Part shown: positions 1 through 9,306 of the stretch, piece after piece
Numbering within the stretch: the first letter of the stretch is position 1
Layout of the letters: each line of letters starts with the position of its first letter
Origin: a virus
Lineage: Duplodnaviria; Caudoviricetes
Reading direction: 5' to 3' (one strand)
Length of the DNA: 64,000 nucleotides
IMG/VR virus record: IMGVR_UViG_3300033121_001133
Coordinates: 32,001 to 96,000 of that record
Translations under genes and position numbers: made by a program
Notes under the pieces: model-generated
Told to the model about the DNA's origin: nothing
Databases searched by the model: none
The model's input: the letters and a program-made list of their open reading frames with translations, nothing else

Positions 1-387
1 ACTCAAAACGTAGGGAATGTCTACATGGGCAACGTATTCTACACTAATGGAATGATGGTGCTGACGTCCAACGTTGCTAAGTACTTCAAGGTGAATCAGG
101 TTGATTTGAGATCGACTCAAACCATCTACCAGACTGAGATTTCATGCACAGTCAATCCTGGTGAGTTCAACCGCAGTGTCAATCGTACACTGCAATATTA
201 CAATCCTAACACCAATCAGTTTGAGTTTAAGCCATTCTCAACAGGTTCAGATTTTAGACCATACGTCACTACGGTGGGTTTATATGACCAAGATCATCAA
301 CTAGTTGCTGTTGCCAAGCTCAGCACCCCAGTACAGCTACCAAATAACATGGACACCACCTTCATCGTGCGATACGATCGATGGTAA
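1..387 (+). CDS. Baseplate/tail-fibre-associated structural protein, C-terminal part (5' end outside window)
   Basis: Frame is open from base 1. The C-terminal PYVTTVGLYD..QLVAVAKLSTP motif resembles phage tail-collar/baseplate domains. Confidence 0.55.
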   Translation, partial: TQNVGNVYMGNVFYTNGMMVLTSNVAKYFKVNQVDLRSTQTIYQTEISCTVNPGEFNRSVNRTLQYYNPNTNQFEFKPFSTGSDFRPYVTTVGLYDQDHQLVAVAKLSTPVQLPNNMDTTFIVRYDRW

Positions 388-400
388 ACCGACAATCGTT

Positions 401-799
401 ATGAAGCGTAAGACAAGAAAGCAGGTACAATTAGTCAAAGGTTTCCGTAGTGGTTTAGAGGAAACCGTACAGCAGCAGCTAGCTAAAGCTGAGGTACCTT
501 TTCAGTATGAGGAGCATAAAATAGAGTACTTCGTTCCGTTGATCAGACGAACCTACACTCCAGATTTTCTATTACCTAATGGGATTTACGTTGAGACTAA
601 AGGGCGATTTGTCATGGAGGATAGGAAGAAGCATCTGCTGATACAGCAGCAGAGGCCAGAACTTGATATTAGGTTTGTGTTCCAAAACTCACGCAACAAG
701 ATCAGAAAGGGCTCAAAAACCACGTACGCCGATTGGTGTATCAAACACGGTTTCAAGTATGCAGATAAGCTAATCCCAGCTAGCTGGTTGTCTGAGTGA
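401..799 (+). CDS. T7-type endonuclease I (Holliday junction resolvase)
   Basis: FRSGLEE, YTPDFLLPNGIYVETKGRF, DIRFVF and TTYADWC..HGF match T7 gp3. ATG at 401 is preferred over the upstream alternative start at 305. Confidence 0.92.
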   Translation: MKRKTRKQVQLVKGFRSGLEETVQQQLAKAEVPFQYEEHKIEYFVPLIRRTYTPDFLLPNGIYVETKGRFVMEDRKKHLLIQQQRPELDIRFVFQNSRNKIRKGSKTTYADWCIKHGFKYADKLIPASWLSE

Positions 800-816
800 C
801 TTTTTTGCCTTATGAT
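788..816 (+). promoter_or_regulatory. Early/host-sigma promoter TTGTCT-N17-TATGAT before primase
   Basis: The same spacing recurs before about 8 non-structural genes. An ATG lies at 824, just downstream. Confidence 0.55.
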
Positions 817-823
817 CAACAGC

Positions 824-1747
824 ATGACTGTAGATATAGCGCGCGTTAAGTCGATTGTAGATAAGCACTTAGGTAATGGTTTAACCCTTAGGCATGGAGA
901 AGTTAGCTACTTTTGTCCATTCTGTAATCATAGGAAGCGGAAACTCCAAGCTAACTTTTTAGTCCAGAAATGGCATTGTTGGGTATGCAATGCTAGTGGT
1001 ATTTCTATCGCCTCTCTACTCAGAAAGAGTAACGCACCAATCGGCCTCTTTAAGGAAGTCAAGGACCTGTATGGTGGCTACAAGTCAAATCACAGTACTA
1101 AGAGCTTTAGCTCTAGCCTAGCTCTACCAGAGGATTACAAACCATTACACATAAAACAGAACACCCCAGCCTACAAGCAAGCCCTTCACTACGCTACTAC
1201 TGTAAGAGGGCTTTCTGCCATTGACATTCTAAGGTATCAGATAGGCTACTGCGAAGAGGGTCCTTATGGTGGTATGCTGATTTTACCATCGTATGATGGG
1301 GATCTTCGATTGAATTTTTTCACTGCTCGAAGCTATTACAGAGAGACTGCAACCCATAAAAATCCACCGGTATCCAAGGATATTGTAGGGTTTGAATCAC
1401 AAATTGACTGGAGTCAGCCAGTAGTGATCGTGGAGGGTGGATTCGATGCGATTGCAGTCAAGCGAAATGCAATACCGCTGTTTGGTAAGGTTATCCAACC
1501 TCGGTTGAAGATGAAGTTAGCGAGTAAGTCCAAGCAAGTTTACCTGGCTCTCGACAAGGATGCCTTTAAGGATTGCATTCCAATCGTAGAGGACTTGCTA
1601 CAGCAAGGATTGAGCGTTAAGTGGGTGGATTTACCAGGTAAAGATCCCAGTGAAGTAGGTTACTGTGAAATGGTTACAGCAGTGGAGCAAGCAAAACCCG
1701 TAGATTTCGCAGGCCTAATCAGGCTTAAACTAGGCCTATGGCGTTGA
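824..1747 (+). CDS. DNA primase (Zn-finger + TOPRIM)
   Basis: CPFC...WHCWVC zinc finger and TOPRIM motifs VEGGFDA, LALDKDA, KDP. Start is 824 or 812. Confidence 0.85.
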   Translation: MTVDIARVKSIVDKHLGNGLTLRHGEVSYFCPFCNHRKRKLQANFLVQKWHCWVCNASGISIASLLRKSNAPIGLFKEVKDLYGGYKSNHSTKSFSSSLALPEDYKPLHIKQNTPAYKQALHYATTVRGLSAIDILRYQIGYCEEGPYGGMLILPSYDGDLRLNFFTARSYYRETATHKNPPVSKDIVGFESQIDWSQPVVIVEGGFDAIAVKRNAIPLFGKVIQPRLKMKLASKSKQVYLALDKDAFKDCIPIVEDLLQQGLSVKWVDLPGKDPSEVGYCEMVTAVEQAKPVDFAGLIRLKLGLWR

Positions 1748-1772
1748 CCTTCTGCTAATAATTTAGTAACTT
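1744..1772 (+). promoter_or_regulatory. Early promoter TTGACC-N17-TAACTT
   Basis: Motif class shared with other replication genes. Confidence 0.5.
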
Positions 1773-1796
1773 GAAAACAAGTAGTGATTGAGGAGA

Positions 1797-4700
1797 ATGA
1801 TAAATCAAATCAATAGTACTCTATCTAAAGTAGACTACATTCTTCACGTAGCAGATATCCATATTCGCAACTGGAAACGCCATCGGGAATATCAAGAGGT
1901 CTTCGACAAGCTATACGCTGCTGTCGACAGCCTACCGGCAAATAGCATTGTGACTGTGGGGGGTGATGTTGCTCACGCCAAGACCGATATGAGTCCTGAG
2001 CTGATTAGCATGATCACCGGTTTTCTCCAGCAGCTAGGAGATCGTAGACCGACGATTCTGATTGCTGGAAATCACGACACTAATCTGAACAACAATCAAC
2101 GGCTAGACGTACTAACTCCGATTGTAGAAGCATTGAAGCATCCTAATGTATTCTATCTTCGCAACTCGGGGACGTATCAAATCGGAGATCTTGACATCGG
2201 AGTGATGTCTCTGCTGGACGACAAGCAGACTTATCCGTTAATTAGCAGTGTTGATCCTACACGCTCTCGTCGACGGATTGCAATGTATCATGGTACTATT
2301 GCTAATAGTAAGGTTGATAGTGGGTTAAACATTGCTCATGGCTTGAACTGGGACGTGTTTGCTGGCTATGATATAGTGCTTCTAGGAGATATCCACAAGA
2401 GACAAGTCCAAAGTCAGTCAGATCCTCTGATGTTCTACCCAGGATCGCTAATCCAGCAGAATTTTGGGGAGTCCTTTGAGGGTCATGGGTTTGCGTTAGT
2501 TGACCTAACTCAACCTGATCCGAAGCTGAGTCTGCATGATATCCCCAACCAATACGGCTTCTTTACTATTGATGTTGTGGATGGAGTGGTACCTCCTAAC
2601 CTTCCTATCAACAGTAGGACTAATGTGCGGATTAAGTCTAAAGGGACTACTCCAAACCAGCTGAAAGAGATCTTACATAATCTGCGAAAGCAGTATGGGG
2701 TAGCTGAGGTGAGTATCAACAACTTGGACGGTTTGGGAAAGACTGGTATCTCCAATCAGGTAGGTGACGGTATTTACCAAGGGGATATTCGCAGTCCCCA
2801 AGTTCAAAGGCAGCTACTAGCTAACTACTACAAGGATAATCCCCTCTCAGACGAGTTAACTGATCAAATACTGCAGCTAAGCGATCAACTAAACTCTCAG
2901 CTGAATCACCCTGAAGTGGCGCGGGGTACAGTGTGGAAGCCTAGGAGATTTGAGTTCTCTAATATGTTCTCGTATGGTGAGAATAATGTGATTGACTTCA
3001 CTAAAATGAAGGGAACTTGTGGATTATTTGCACCTAACCACACTGGCAAATCCTCCATACTCGATGCTCTATGCTTTTGCTTGTTTGACTACACCTCCCG
3101 AGCTGGAAAGGCGGAGCATGTGCTGAATAATAAGAGCGACTGGTTTAGCTGCCAGTTCGAGTTTGAGTTGGAAGGCCTAGTATACACCATCAAAAAGCAA
3201 GCTTCCAGGTACAAGAAAGGACCACTAGCAGGCCGCCTCAGAGTTGATATTGATTTCTGGTATGTTAACGCTGAGGGAGCAACTGTATCTCTAAACGGTG
3301 AACAGAGAAGGGATACTGACAGGATCATTCAAAGCTATATTGGCACCTTCAATGACTTTGTTCTAACGGCATTGTCGATGCAAGGTAACAGCTCGAACTT
3401 TGTTGAGAAGACTCAGGGAGAACGAAAGGAGCTGCTTGCAAACTTCTTGGATCTAGCAACCTTTGATCAGCTGTTTGAACTAGCAAACAGAGAGGTTAAA
3501 ACCTTAGTAGTTCTACTGGAGAATCACCAGAGACAGGACTATTCATCTCAGATCATTGAACTTGAAGCTAAGTTAGATCAACTAGATAGCGATAGGACTA
3601 AGCAACAGGCTGATGTTGATGTTGCACAGGCCGTAGTTGATCAGCTTAATCAGAACCTAAACAATCTCAATAAGGAGCTACTACCTGTTAGGTATCGAGG
3701 ATCTTCAGTCGAAGATCTAAACGATGCAAAGCAGAGACTCAACAGCCAAATTACGGAACGGCAGAGTATGATTGAGAAGTTGCAACAGTTGCTACAAACT
3801 CAATCTTCGCTAGTGAGTCTTCAAGAGTCGGAGCTGGCAGGTGCCAAAAAAGCCTTCAATGTTGAAGCCTACACCAGGCTGGGACAGGACAGACAGCTTC
3901 TAGGATCAATGATGGATCGTCTTAGTAAGATTGACTTGATGATACCCACCATGCAGGCCAAGCTGGATATGCTCCATCAGCATCAATATGATCCAAACTG
4001 CAAGTATTGTGTTGCCAACGCGTTCGTTAAGGATGCGTTGGATACTAAAGCTGCGTTGGAATTAGATCAAGAGCAGAGGAAGCAGTTACTATCTGAGATA
4101 GAAAGTCTACGTCAGCAGATTGAACTTAATGCACCTCTGGAAGATCAGCTAAAGAGTATTCAAGATCTTGACGTGGACTTAACCACTAATCGAAAGCTAT
4201 TAGATGATACTAATAGTCAACTGCACATTGAGCGGCTTAAGCTAAGCTCACTCAATGACAATCTCAGAGAAGTGGGTTTGCAAATCGAGGCCTATCAAGC
4301 TGATAAACTGCAGCTTCTAGCCAATGAGCAGATCAACCTCAAGATCGAAGCAGAGAAGCTGCTTCTCCAGCAGGCTACAGCAAAGTTGACCCAAGCACAG
4401 CAGAAGTACAACAGAGCCTATGCCGACCTCCAGATTGGGATTCACAACCTTTCTAGTCTCAAAAAAGCCTCTAGTGAGGTAGATAATCTACTGAAGAAGC
4501 TAGAGTTATATGAGGCCTATTGTAAGGCCGTTTCCAAAGACGGTATTCCCTATGACCTGATTAGCAAGGCCGTACCCTACATTCAAAATTACGTCAATAA
4601 CATCCTGTCACAGATAGTAGAGTTTCAGGTGACTCTCGAGACCGACGGTAAGAATATCAACGCATTCATCGGATACGATGACCAGAAGTGGCCGCTGGAG

Positions 4701-4976
4701 CTGGCTTCTGGGATGGAGCGATTTGTGTCATCGCTGGCAATCAGAATTGCGCTGATCAAGACTACTAACCTACCTAAACCTGACTTCATTGCGATTGATG
4801 AGGGATTGGGAGTGTTGGACTCTTCAAATCTGAACTCCATGCATACCTTATTCACCTATATGAAGGATGTATTCAAGTTCAGCTTGATTATATCCCACAT
4901 CGATGTAGTACGAGATATGGTGGATAATATCCTAAACATCGATCGCAGGGAGGGTTTTAGCTGCATACGGGTGTGA
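1797..4976 (+). CDS. Fused Mre11/SbcD nuclease - Rad50/SbcC ATPase (gp47-gp46 fusion)
   Basis: Phosphoesterase motifs DIH, GGD, GNHD, YHG, GDIH. Then Walker A APNHTGKS, coiled coil with CKYC zinc hook, signature LASGMER, Walker B IAIDEG and H-loop ISH. Confidence 0.92.
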   Translation: MINQINSTLSKVDYILHVADIHIRNWKRHREYQEVFDKLYAAVDSLPANSIVTVGGDVAHAKTDMSPELISMITGFLQQLGDRRPTILIAGNHDTNLNNNQRLDVLTPIVEALKHPNVFYLRNSGTYQIGDLDIGVMSLLDDKQTYPLISSVDPTRSRRRIAMYHGTIANSKVDSGLNIAHGLNWDVFAGYDIVLLGDIHKRQVQSQSDPLMFYPGSLIQQNFGESFEGHGFALVDLTQPDPKLSLHDIPNQYGFFTIDVVDGVVPPNLPINSRTNVRIKSKGTTPNQLKEILHNLRKQYGVAEVSINNLDGLGKTGISNQVGDGIYQGDIRSPQVQRQLLANYYKDNPLSDELTDQILQLSDQLNSQLNHPEVARGTVWKPRRFEFSNMFSYGENNVIDFTKMKGTCGLFAPNHTGKSSILDALCFCLFDYTSRAGKAEHVLNNKSDWFSCQFEFELEGLVYTIKKQASRYKKGPLAGRLRVDIDFWYVNAEGATVSLNGEQRRDTDRIIQSYIGTFNDFVLTALSMQGNSSNFVEKTQGERKELLANFLDLATFDQLFELANREVKTLVVLLENHQRQDYSSQIIELEAKLDQLDSDRTKQQADVDVAQAVVDQLNQNLNNLNKELLPVRYRGSSVEDLNDAKQRLNSQITERQSMIEKLQQLLQTQSSLVSLQESELAGAKKAFNVEAYTRLGQDRQLLGSMMDRLSKIDLMIPTMQAKLDMLHQHQYDPNCKYCVANAFVKDALDTKAALELDQEQRKQLLSEIESLRQQIELNAPLEDQLKSIQDLDVDLTTNRKLLDDTNSQLHIERLKLSSLNDNLREVGLQIEAYQADKLQLLANEQINLKIEAEKLLLQQATAKLTQAQQKYNRAYADLQIGIHNLSSLKKASSEVDNLLKKLELYEAYCKAVSKDGIPYDLISKAVPYIQNYVNNILSQIVEFQVTLETDGKNINAFIGYDDQKWPLELASGMERFVSSLAIRIALIKTTNLPKPDFIAIDEGLGVLDSSNLNSMHTLFTYMKDVFKFSLIISHIDVVRDMVDNILNIDRREGFSCIRV

Positions 4977-4980
4977 GTGA

Positions 4981-4987
4981 TATTTAT
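4981..4987 (+). promoter_or_regulatory. Late promoter motif TATTTAT
   Basis: One of about 17 TA(T/C)TTAT-like sites just upstream of late genes. Confidence 0.6.
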
Positions 4988-4992
4988 GACTG

Positions 4993-7212
4993 ATGCAAGT
5001 CAGTCTATACAAATATCCGCAACCCCGAGGATACGCTAAAGCTAGGTTCCTAATAGAGGACACCAGTCCGAATTCACCTCTCTACTTTGATGTGGTGCAA
5101 CTACCGCCTACTCTAGGTGGTGGTCGTAGCTCAATTGTGTTAAAGGGTAATGGTGAGGGGCTAGCTCTCAATTCCAGCATTGATGTAGAGATTGTAGATG
5201 CTGCTGGAAAGAATGTGTTTTGTGAGGTGGCTAACTTCATTGACCGATTCAACCAGTACTACATCACGGTTGAGGTGTATGACACCACAGCCCCAGGACC
5301 TGCAACAATCTACCTGGTGGGTAAAGCAGCGATTGATCCACAGGGTCAATCTATTGATCCCAACTATAGACAAAGGAGCTCTCGACTCGATTACCACGAG
5401 GAATTTGATGTCCGTTGGACCGGTACTATGGTGATAGCACCTAGTGAGCGTAACAATGCAGACCTAATCTTCGACGCTCCTCCAAACGTAGGAGTTACCC
5501 AGGTATATGGTCCAGCTCGCTTGCAAACTCAAGCTACCGCAAGTGGGTTTGTATATTCCACACTAACCTCTAGCGCGGATCAACTGACCATCATAAGCTC
5601 AGACTTCACTGGATTTGATCGTGATTTCAGTACCAGTCCGGAGATTCGTGATCCAAGACTGCAGAATCTACTAATCAATCCTAGACAACAGGCTAATACA
5701 GCAAATAGCATTAACACCACCATTCGCAGATGGGATGCTGATGTGATGGGAGGTTATCGAATTAGCTATACTGACCGTTTTAACACCGTAGTTGTAGCTA
5801 GTTCTTCGTTTTTCCGTAAAGAGCACTTAGGAGGATTCTTTGAGTTCCCTGACACGGGAAGTACCCCTCTAAACCTACTTCCACCTCCAATTTCGGGAGT
5901 TTCCGTGTCAGGAAGTATTAGCAATCAGCTTCTAAGCTATGGAGGGAATATAGTAGAGGTGATTAGCGATCGACAAATCGTTGTAGATCAGCCAGTTCAA
6001 GTCACTACAATTGATAGGAGGTTCCCACCTCAGGAGTATATTAGTACTCATCGCTACAAGCAAGTGTCATTATTTACAGGTAGCATAACCTATGCTCCAT
6101 CTGATATAACCTACGCTGAGAGCATCTTCGTATCTCAGTCCTATTTAGAGTTTACCTTCACCAATCTAGTACCCATAAGCGGAGAGGTGTATAGGATTAA
6201 AACCTACACTAAGAGAGGTGCTAGTACAGGGGATTTTAAGCTGCTGAATGATCAGGTAGTTCGACCAACTGAGTACTTGACCGATGCATCATTTCCTAAT
6301 GATACCAGCTACGCAAAACGTGAGTCTGACTATCAGTTGATAGGATATTTCACATCTCAATCTGTCCTCGACTTGTACTGGAATCTATACCAAGAGCTAC
6401 CAAATTCACTTGACCTGATCTCAGGATCAGTCTCCGATGGTGTTTTGATTGATTCGGTTGAGATGCACGCTGCTCACACCCAATCTTGTGTGTTAGCAGC
6501 TCGCTATAACCAGAACTACAACATCAATCAACCATACACCTTAGGGTTAAACCTCACCTTAGATCCTCATACTGAGTTGGAGGTTTACATGAGTAGTACA
6601 CCACTAAACTACAATGTGGTATCTCCTTCACTTTATCCACAAGCCTTTCTGCGTGATCGAGTACAAGACACCAAGTATGCCTCAAGCTCGCTTTGGAATA
6701 GAGAGAGGCGCAATGATAACGAGTATAGTGTGTTTGGCAAGTTGATTGGTAAGGTGGTAAATGACACTCCGTCGCGTAAGTACTACGGCAAAGTCGTGTT
6801 TGATTTTGAAACCGATGGTAGTGGGTTTGGTCGACCGGTATTACGATCTAGGGTGGTGGATGAGACTCCAACCATAAGTGGATCGGCTTATGTGGGAGAG
6901 TTGAGTATTAAGCCATTCCAACTTAATGGATTTACCCCAAGCATCGTGCAATACAGCGTACCACTTACCGTTGAATTAGCAACGTTCTTCTCGGTGATAT
7001 CACAGTCAGTAGATGTTAAGATTGAGTACTTTGACTATACTGGTAGACAGTCCGAATATGTTACCATGTTGGATGATATTACTGTCAACTTGAGGGGAGA
7101 GATACCATCAAACACCTGTCAAACCGAGACTAACCTATTCTCATTCTCCACACAGAATACTGGCACAGTAACTAGAAGGATGATTGCAGATCAGATACTA
7201 ACCTCACGATAG
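4993..7212 (+). CDS. Hypothetical virion structural protein (beta-rich)
   Basis: 739 aa, S/T/V/Y-rich, preceded by the late motif. Confidence 0.55.
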   Translation: MQVSLYKYPQPRGYAKARFLIEDTSPNSPLYFDVVQLPPTLGGGRSSIVLKGNGEGLALNSSIDVEIVDAAGKNVFCEVANFIDRFNQYYITVEVYDTTAPGPATIYLVGKAAIDPQGQSIDPNYRQRSSRLDYHEEFDVRWTGTMVIAPSERNNADLIFDAPPNVGVTQVYGPARLQTQATASGFVYSTLTSSADQLTIISSDFTGFDRDFSTSPEIRDPRLQNLLINPRQQANTANSINTTIRRWDADVMGGYRISYTDRFNTVVVASSSFFRKEHLGGFFEFPDTGSTPLNLLPPPISGVSVSGSISNQLLSYGGNIVEVISDRQIVVDQPVQVTTIDRRFPPQEYISTHRYKQVSLFTGSITYAPSDITYAESIFVSQSYLEFTFTNLVPISGEVYRIKTYTKRGASTGDFKLLNDQVVRPTEYLTDASFPNDTSYAKRESDYQLIGYFTSQSVLDLYWNLYQELPNSLDLISGSVSDGVLIDSVEMHAAHTQSCVLAARYNQNYNINQPYTLGLNLTLDPHTELEVYMSSTPLNYNVVSPSLYPQAFLRDRVQDTKYASSSLWNRERRNDNEYSVFGKLIGKVVNDTPSRKYYGKVVFDFETDGSGFGRPVLRSRVVDETPTISGSAYVGELSIKPFQLNGFTPSIVQYSVPLTVELATFFSVISQSVDVKIEYFDYTGRQSEYVTMLDDITVNLRGEIPSNTCQTETNLFSFSTQNTGTVTRRMIADQILTSR

Positions 7213-7213
7213 T

Positions 7214-8755
7214 ATGGCTTTTGTAACACGCGCATTCAACCAGTTCTACAAACTATTCAATCCGACCAACATTCCGGATCCGAACTGGCATACCGCTAGC
7301 TTCGTGTCAATGGTCACTACTGGTCAATTCAATGCAGGTACCAATTACTCTAGCTCGTATAGAGCTTTATCAGCTTCTTACAGCACATCTGAGAATAAGC
7401 TATGGATGTTTTCAAGCTCATTCATCAATTACCCAGGAGATCCTGTAGTACTTAATAGTAGGGGAGTGATACTACCAGGCTATTCCTATTTAACCACGCG
7501 TTGGATTTCAGCGTCGTTGGCTTTTAGAAACCAAGCCAATCAGCCAGTTTCGATGTCGGCAATACCATGGGGATCTCAAGCGGGGGATTTCTTGTGGAAT
7601 GTGTTAACTCCATCGTGGAGCTTTGTCCAGCAAGGAGGCTACGTCACGTGGATTCCAACCTGGACTTCAAAAAGCTTTCATAGTAGTTTTGCAGCAAATG
7701 GTCACCTGTACGGTATTGGCACATCTAGTGTATATCCTGTAACCAGTAGCTGGAAGGTATTTGATCCTAAGTATTTACCCTTTCAATATGGTACCTCATA
7801 TCCTTCCTCAATCACAGGACCTAGCACGTTTGCTACCCATAGTAGCTGCTACAAGATTCACGTGGATAGTGTAACTGGACGTATAGGAACAGCAGCTGGA
7901 TTGGATCCTATTCGTGATAGGGACTGTTTTAATGAGACCAACAACGCTCCATTTGACCTAGGAGGTGGAGCTGCAATTACTCAACTTGAGGTTTCAGCGA
8001 GCATGGCCGCTCAGCTAGACTTCAGTGCATCAGCCGCACCTTCAGCAATACGAGGTTACGATCAGGCATTGAAGTCCAGGAGGCTATTCTTTCCTATAAC
8101 CTACAGCGGCAGTGGAAACTCACAAGGCTCGGACTACTGGCTAAGGACGTTTACTGGATACAATGCGTCTGATATGTTCAGCGAAAATGGTGGAATCTAC
8201 AGGGTTAGGTTTACACTGAAGCGATGGAATAAGGCATGGGTAGCAAGTGATTCATCATCCTACTCTGGCTCAGCAACTAACTACTACTATAACCCAGCTT
8301 CCAGCTTAACAGAGCTTAATACAGGATCGTGGGATATGTCTACAGCATACCCAGCTGATAATTCGTACATGACCGTTTTCATACACGACGTGCAGTCTAG
8401 GGTTCCTGCACCTTCTGGACGAATTGATGGTGCAGAGGGCTGGTATCCCCCTCAGAACAACATTGTAACCATCGGCAGCGGGTATAGCAATACTCCTGTA
8501 CTTAGTTTTCAGGACGCTCAGTCAGGTTATCTTGAGGAGCAGTTTGAGTTGATACTAGTTCAATATGGTTACCCCGCGCAGCTATGCTTTGAGCCTTCGG
8601 GATCAGGTACATCCTACTGGGGCTGCATCATAGATAATGTTGAGGTGTGTAAGATCGGTGTGACTGAGGACTCACGGTTTATCAAACCTCAATCTGTATC
8701 AACAGCTACATCCCAAAGACGGGGTTATGATTATGAGGCATATGCAAACAAGTAG
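7214..8755 (+). CDS. Hypothetical virion structural protein (Ser/Gly/aromatic-rich)
   Basis: 513 aa ORF coupled to the upstream gene, with fibre/baseplate-like composition. Confidence 0.5.
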   Translation: MAFVTRAFNQFYKLFNPTNIPDPNWHTASFVSMVTTGQFNAGTNYSSSYRALSASYSTSENKLWMFSSSFINYPGDPVVLNSRGVILPGYSYLTTRWISASLAFRNQANQPVSMSAIPWGSQAGDFLWNVLTPSWSFVQQGGYVTWIPTWTSKSFHSSFAANGHLYGIGTSSVYPVTSSWKVFDPKYLPFQYGTSYPSSITGPSTFATHSSCYKIHVDSVTGRIGTAAGLDPIRDRDCFNETNNAPFDLGGGAAITQLEVSASMAAQLDFSASAAPSAIRGYDQALKSRRLFFPITYSGSGNSQGSDYWLRTFTGYNASDMFSENGGIYRVRFTLKRWNKAWVASDSSSYSGSATNYYYNPASSLTELNTGSWDMSTAYPADNSYMTVFIHDVQSRVPAPSGRIDGAEGWYPPQNNIVTIGSGYSNTPVLSFQDAQSGYLEEQFELILVQYGYPAQLCFEPSGSGTSYWGCIIDNVEVCKIGVTEDSRFIKPQSVSTATSQRRGYDYEAYANK

Positions 8756-8757
8756 CC

Positions 8758-9306
8758 ATGATCAGCAATAATGCAATACGAAACTGTCGCACTAACTTTC
8801 CTGTACTGAGCATTATCAGTAATGAGCATGTGATGGGAAAGGTAGAGCTAAAAAACATCTACCAGCTGTGGAATGGTCAAAGCATAGATCAAATCAGACA
8901 GCAGACCGGTAATGCTAATCCATACTCAATTAGGATAGGCTCGCCGGCGACTGATGCAGCTATGAAGACCGATCCTGTGTACTTCATACTTGATTATCTA
9001 TCCTACAATCCCAACACTAAAGATATTGAAACCCGCGATCTGATACCATATCGCAATGTGGATAGGGTATATATTGGTCAGTCGGTAGATGAGGCACGAT
9101 ACCAGGACTATAGGCTATTTGTAGATGGAGCAGCTGTAATGGGGGATTTGTACTTGAAGGATATTCCATCCTTGCGAGATAGCTCCTTAGGACAGCTGTT
9201 GGTTCAATTGGTGTCTAGGGTGGAGAAGTTGCAGCAGGAGGTAGTGACATTAAAACGCCAGATCGATAGGCGACATACTTATCATCAAGATGAGTCTATT
9301 ATCTGA
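8758..9306 (+). CDS. Hypothetical protein with C-terminal coiled coil
   Basis: 182 aa ORF in the operon, ending in a heptad segment. Confidence 0.55.
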   Translation: MISNNAIRNCRTNFPVLSIISNEHVMGKVELKNIYQLWNGQSIDQIRQQTGNANPYSIRIGSPATDAAMKTDPVYFILDYLSYNPNTKDIETRDLIPYRNVDRVYIGQSVDEARYQDYRLFVDGAAVMGDLYLKDIPSLRDSSLGQLLVQLVSRVEKLQQEVVTLKRQIDRRHTYHQDESII

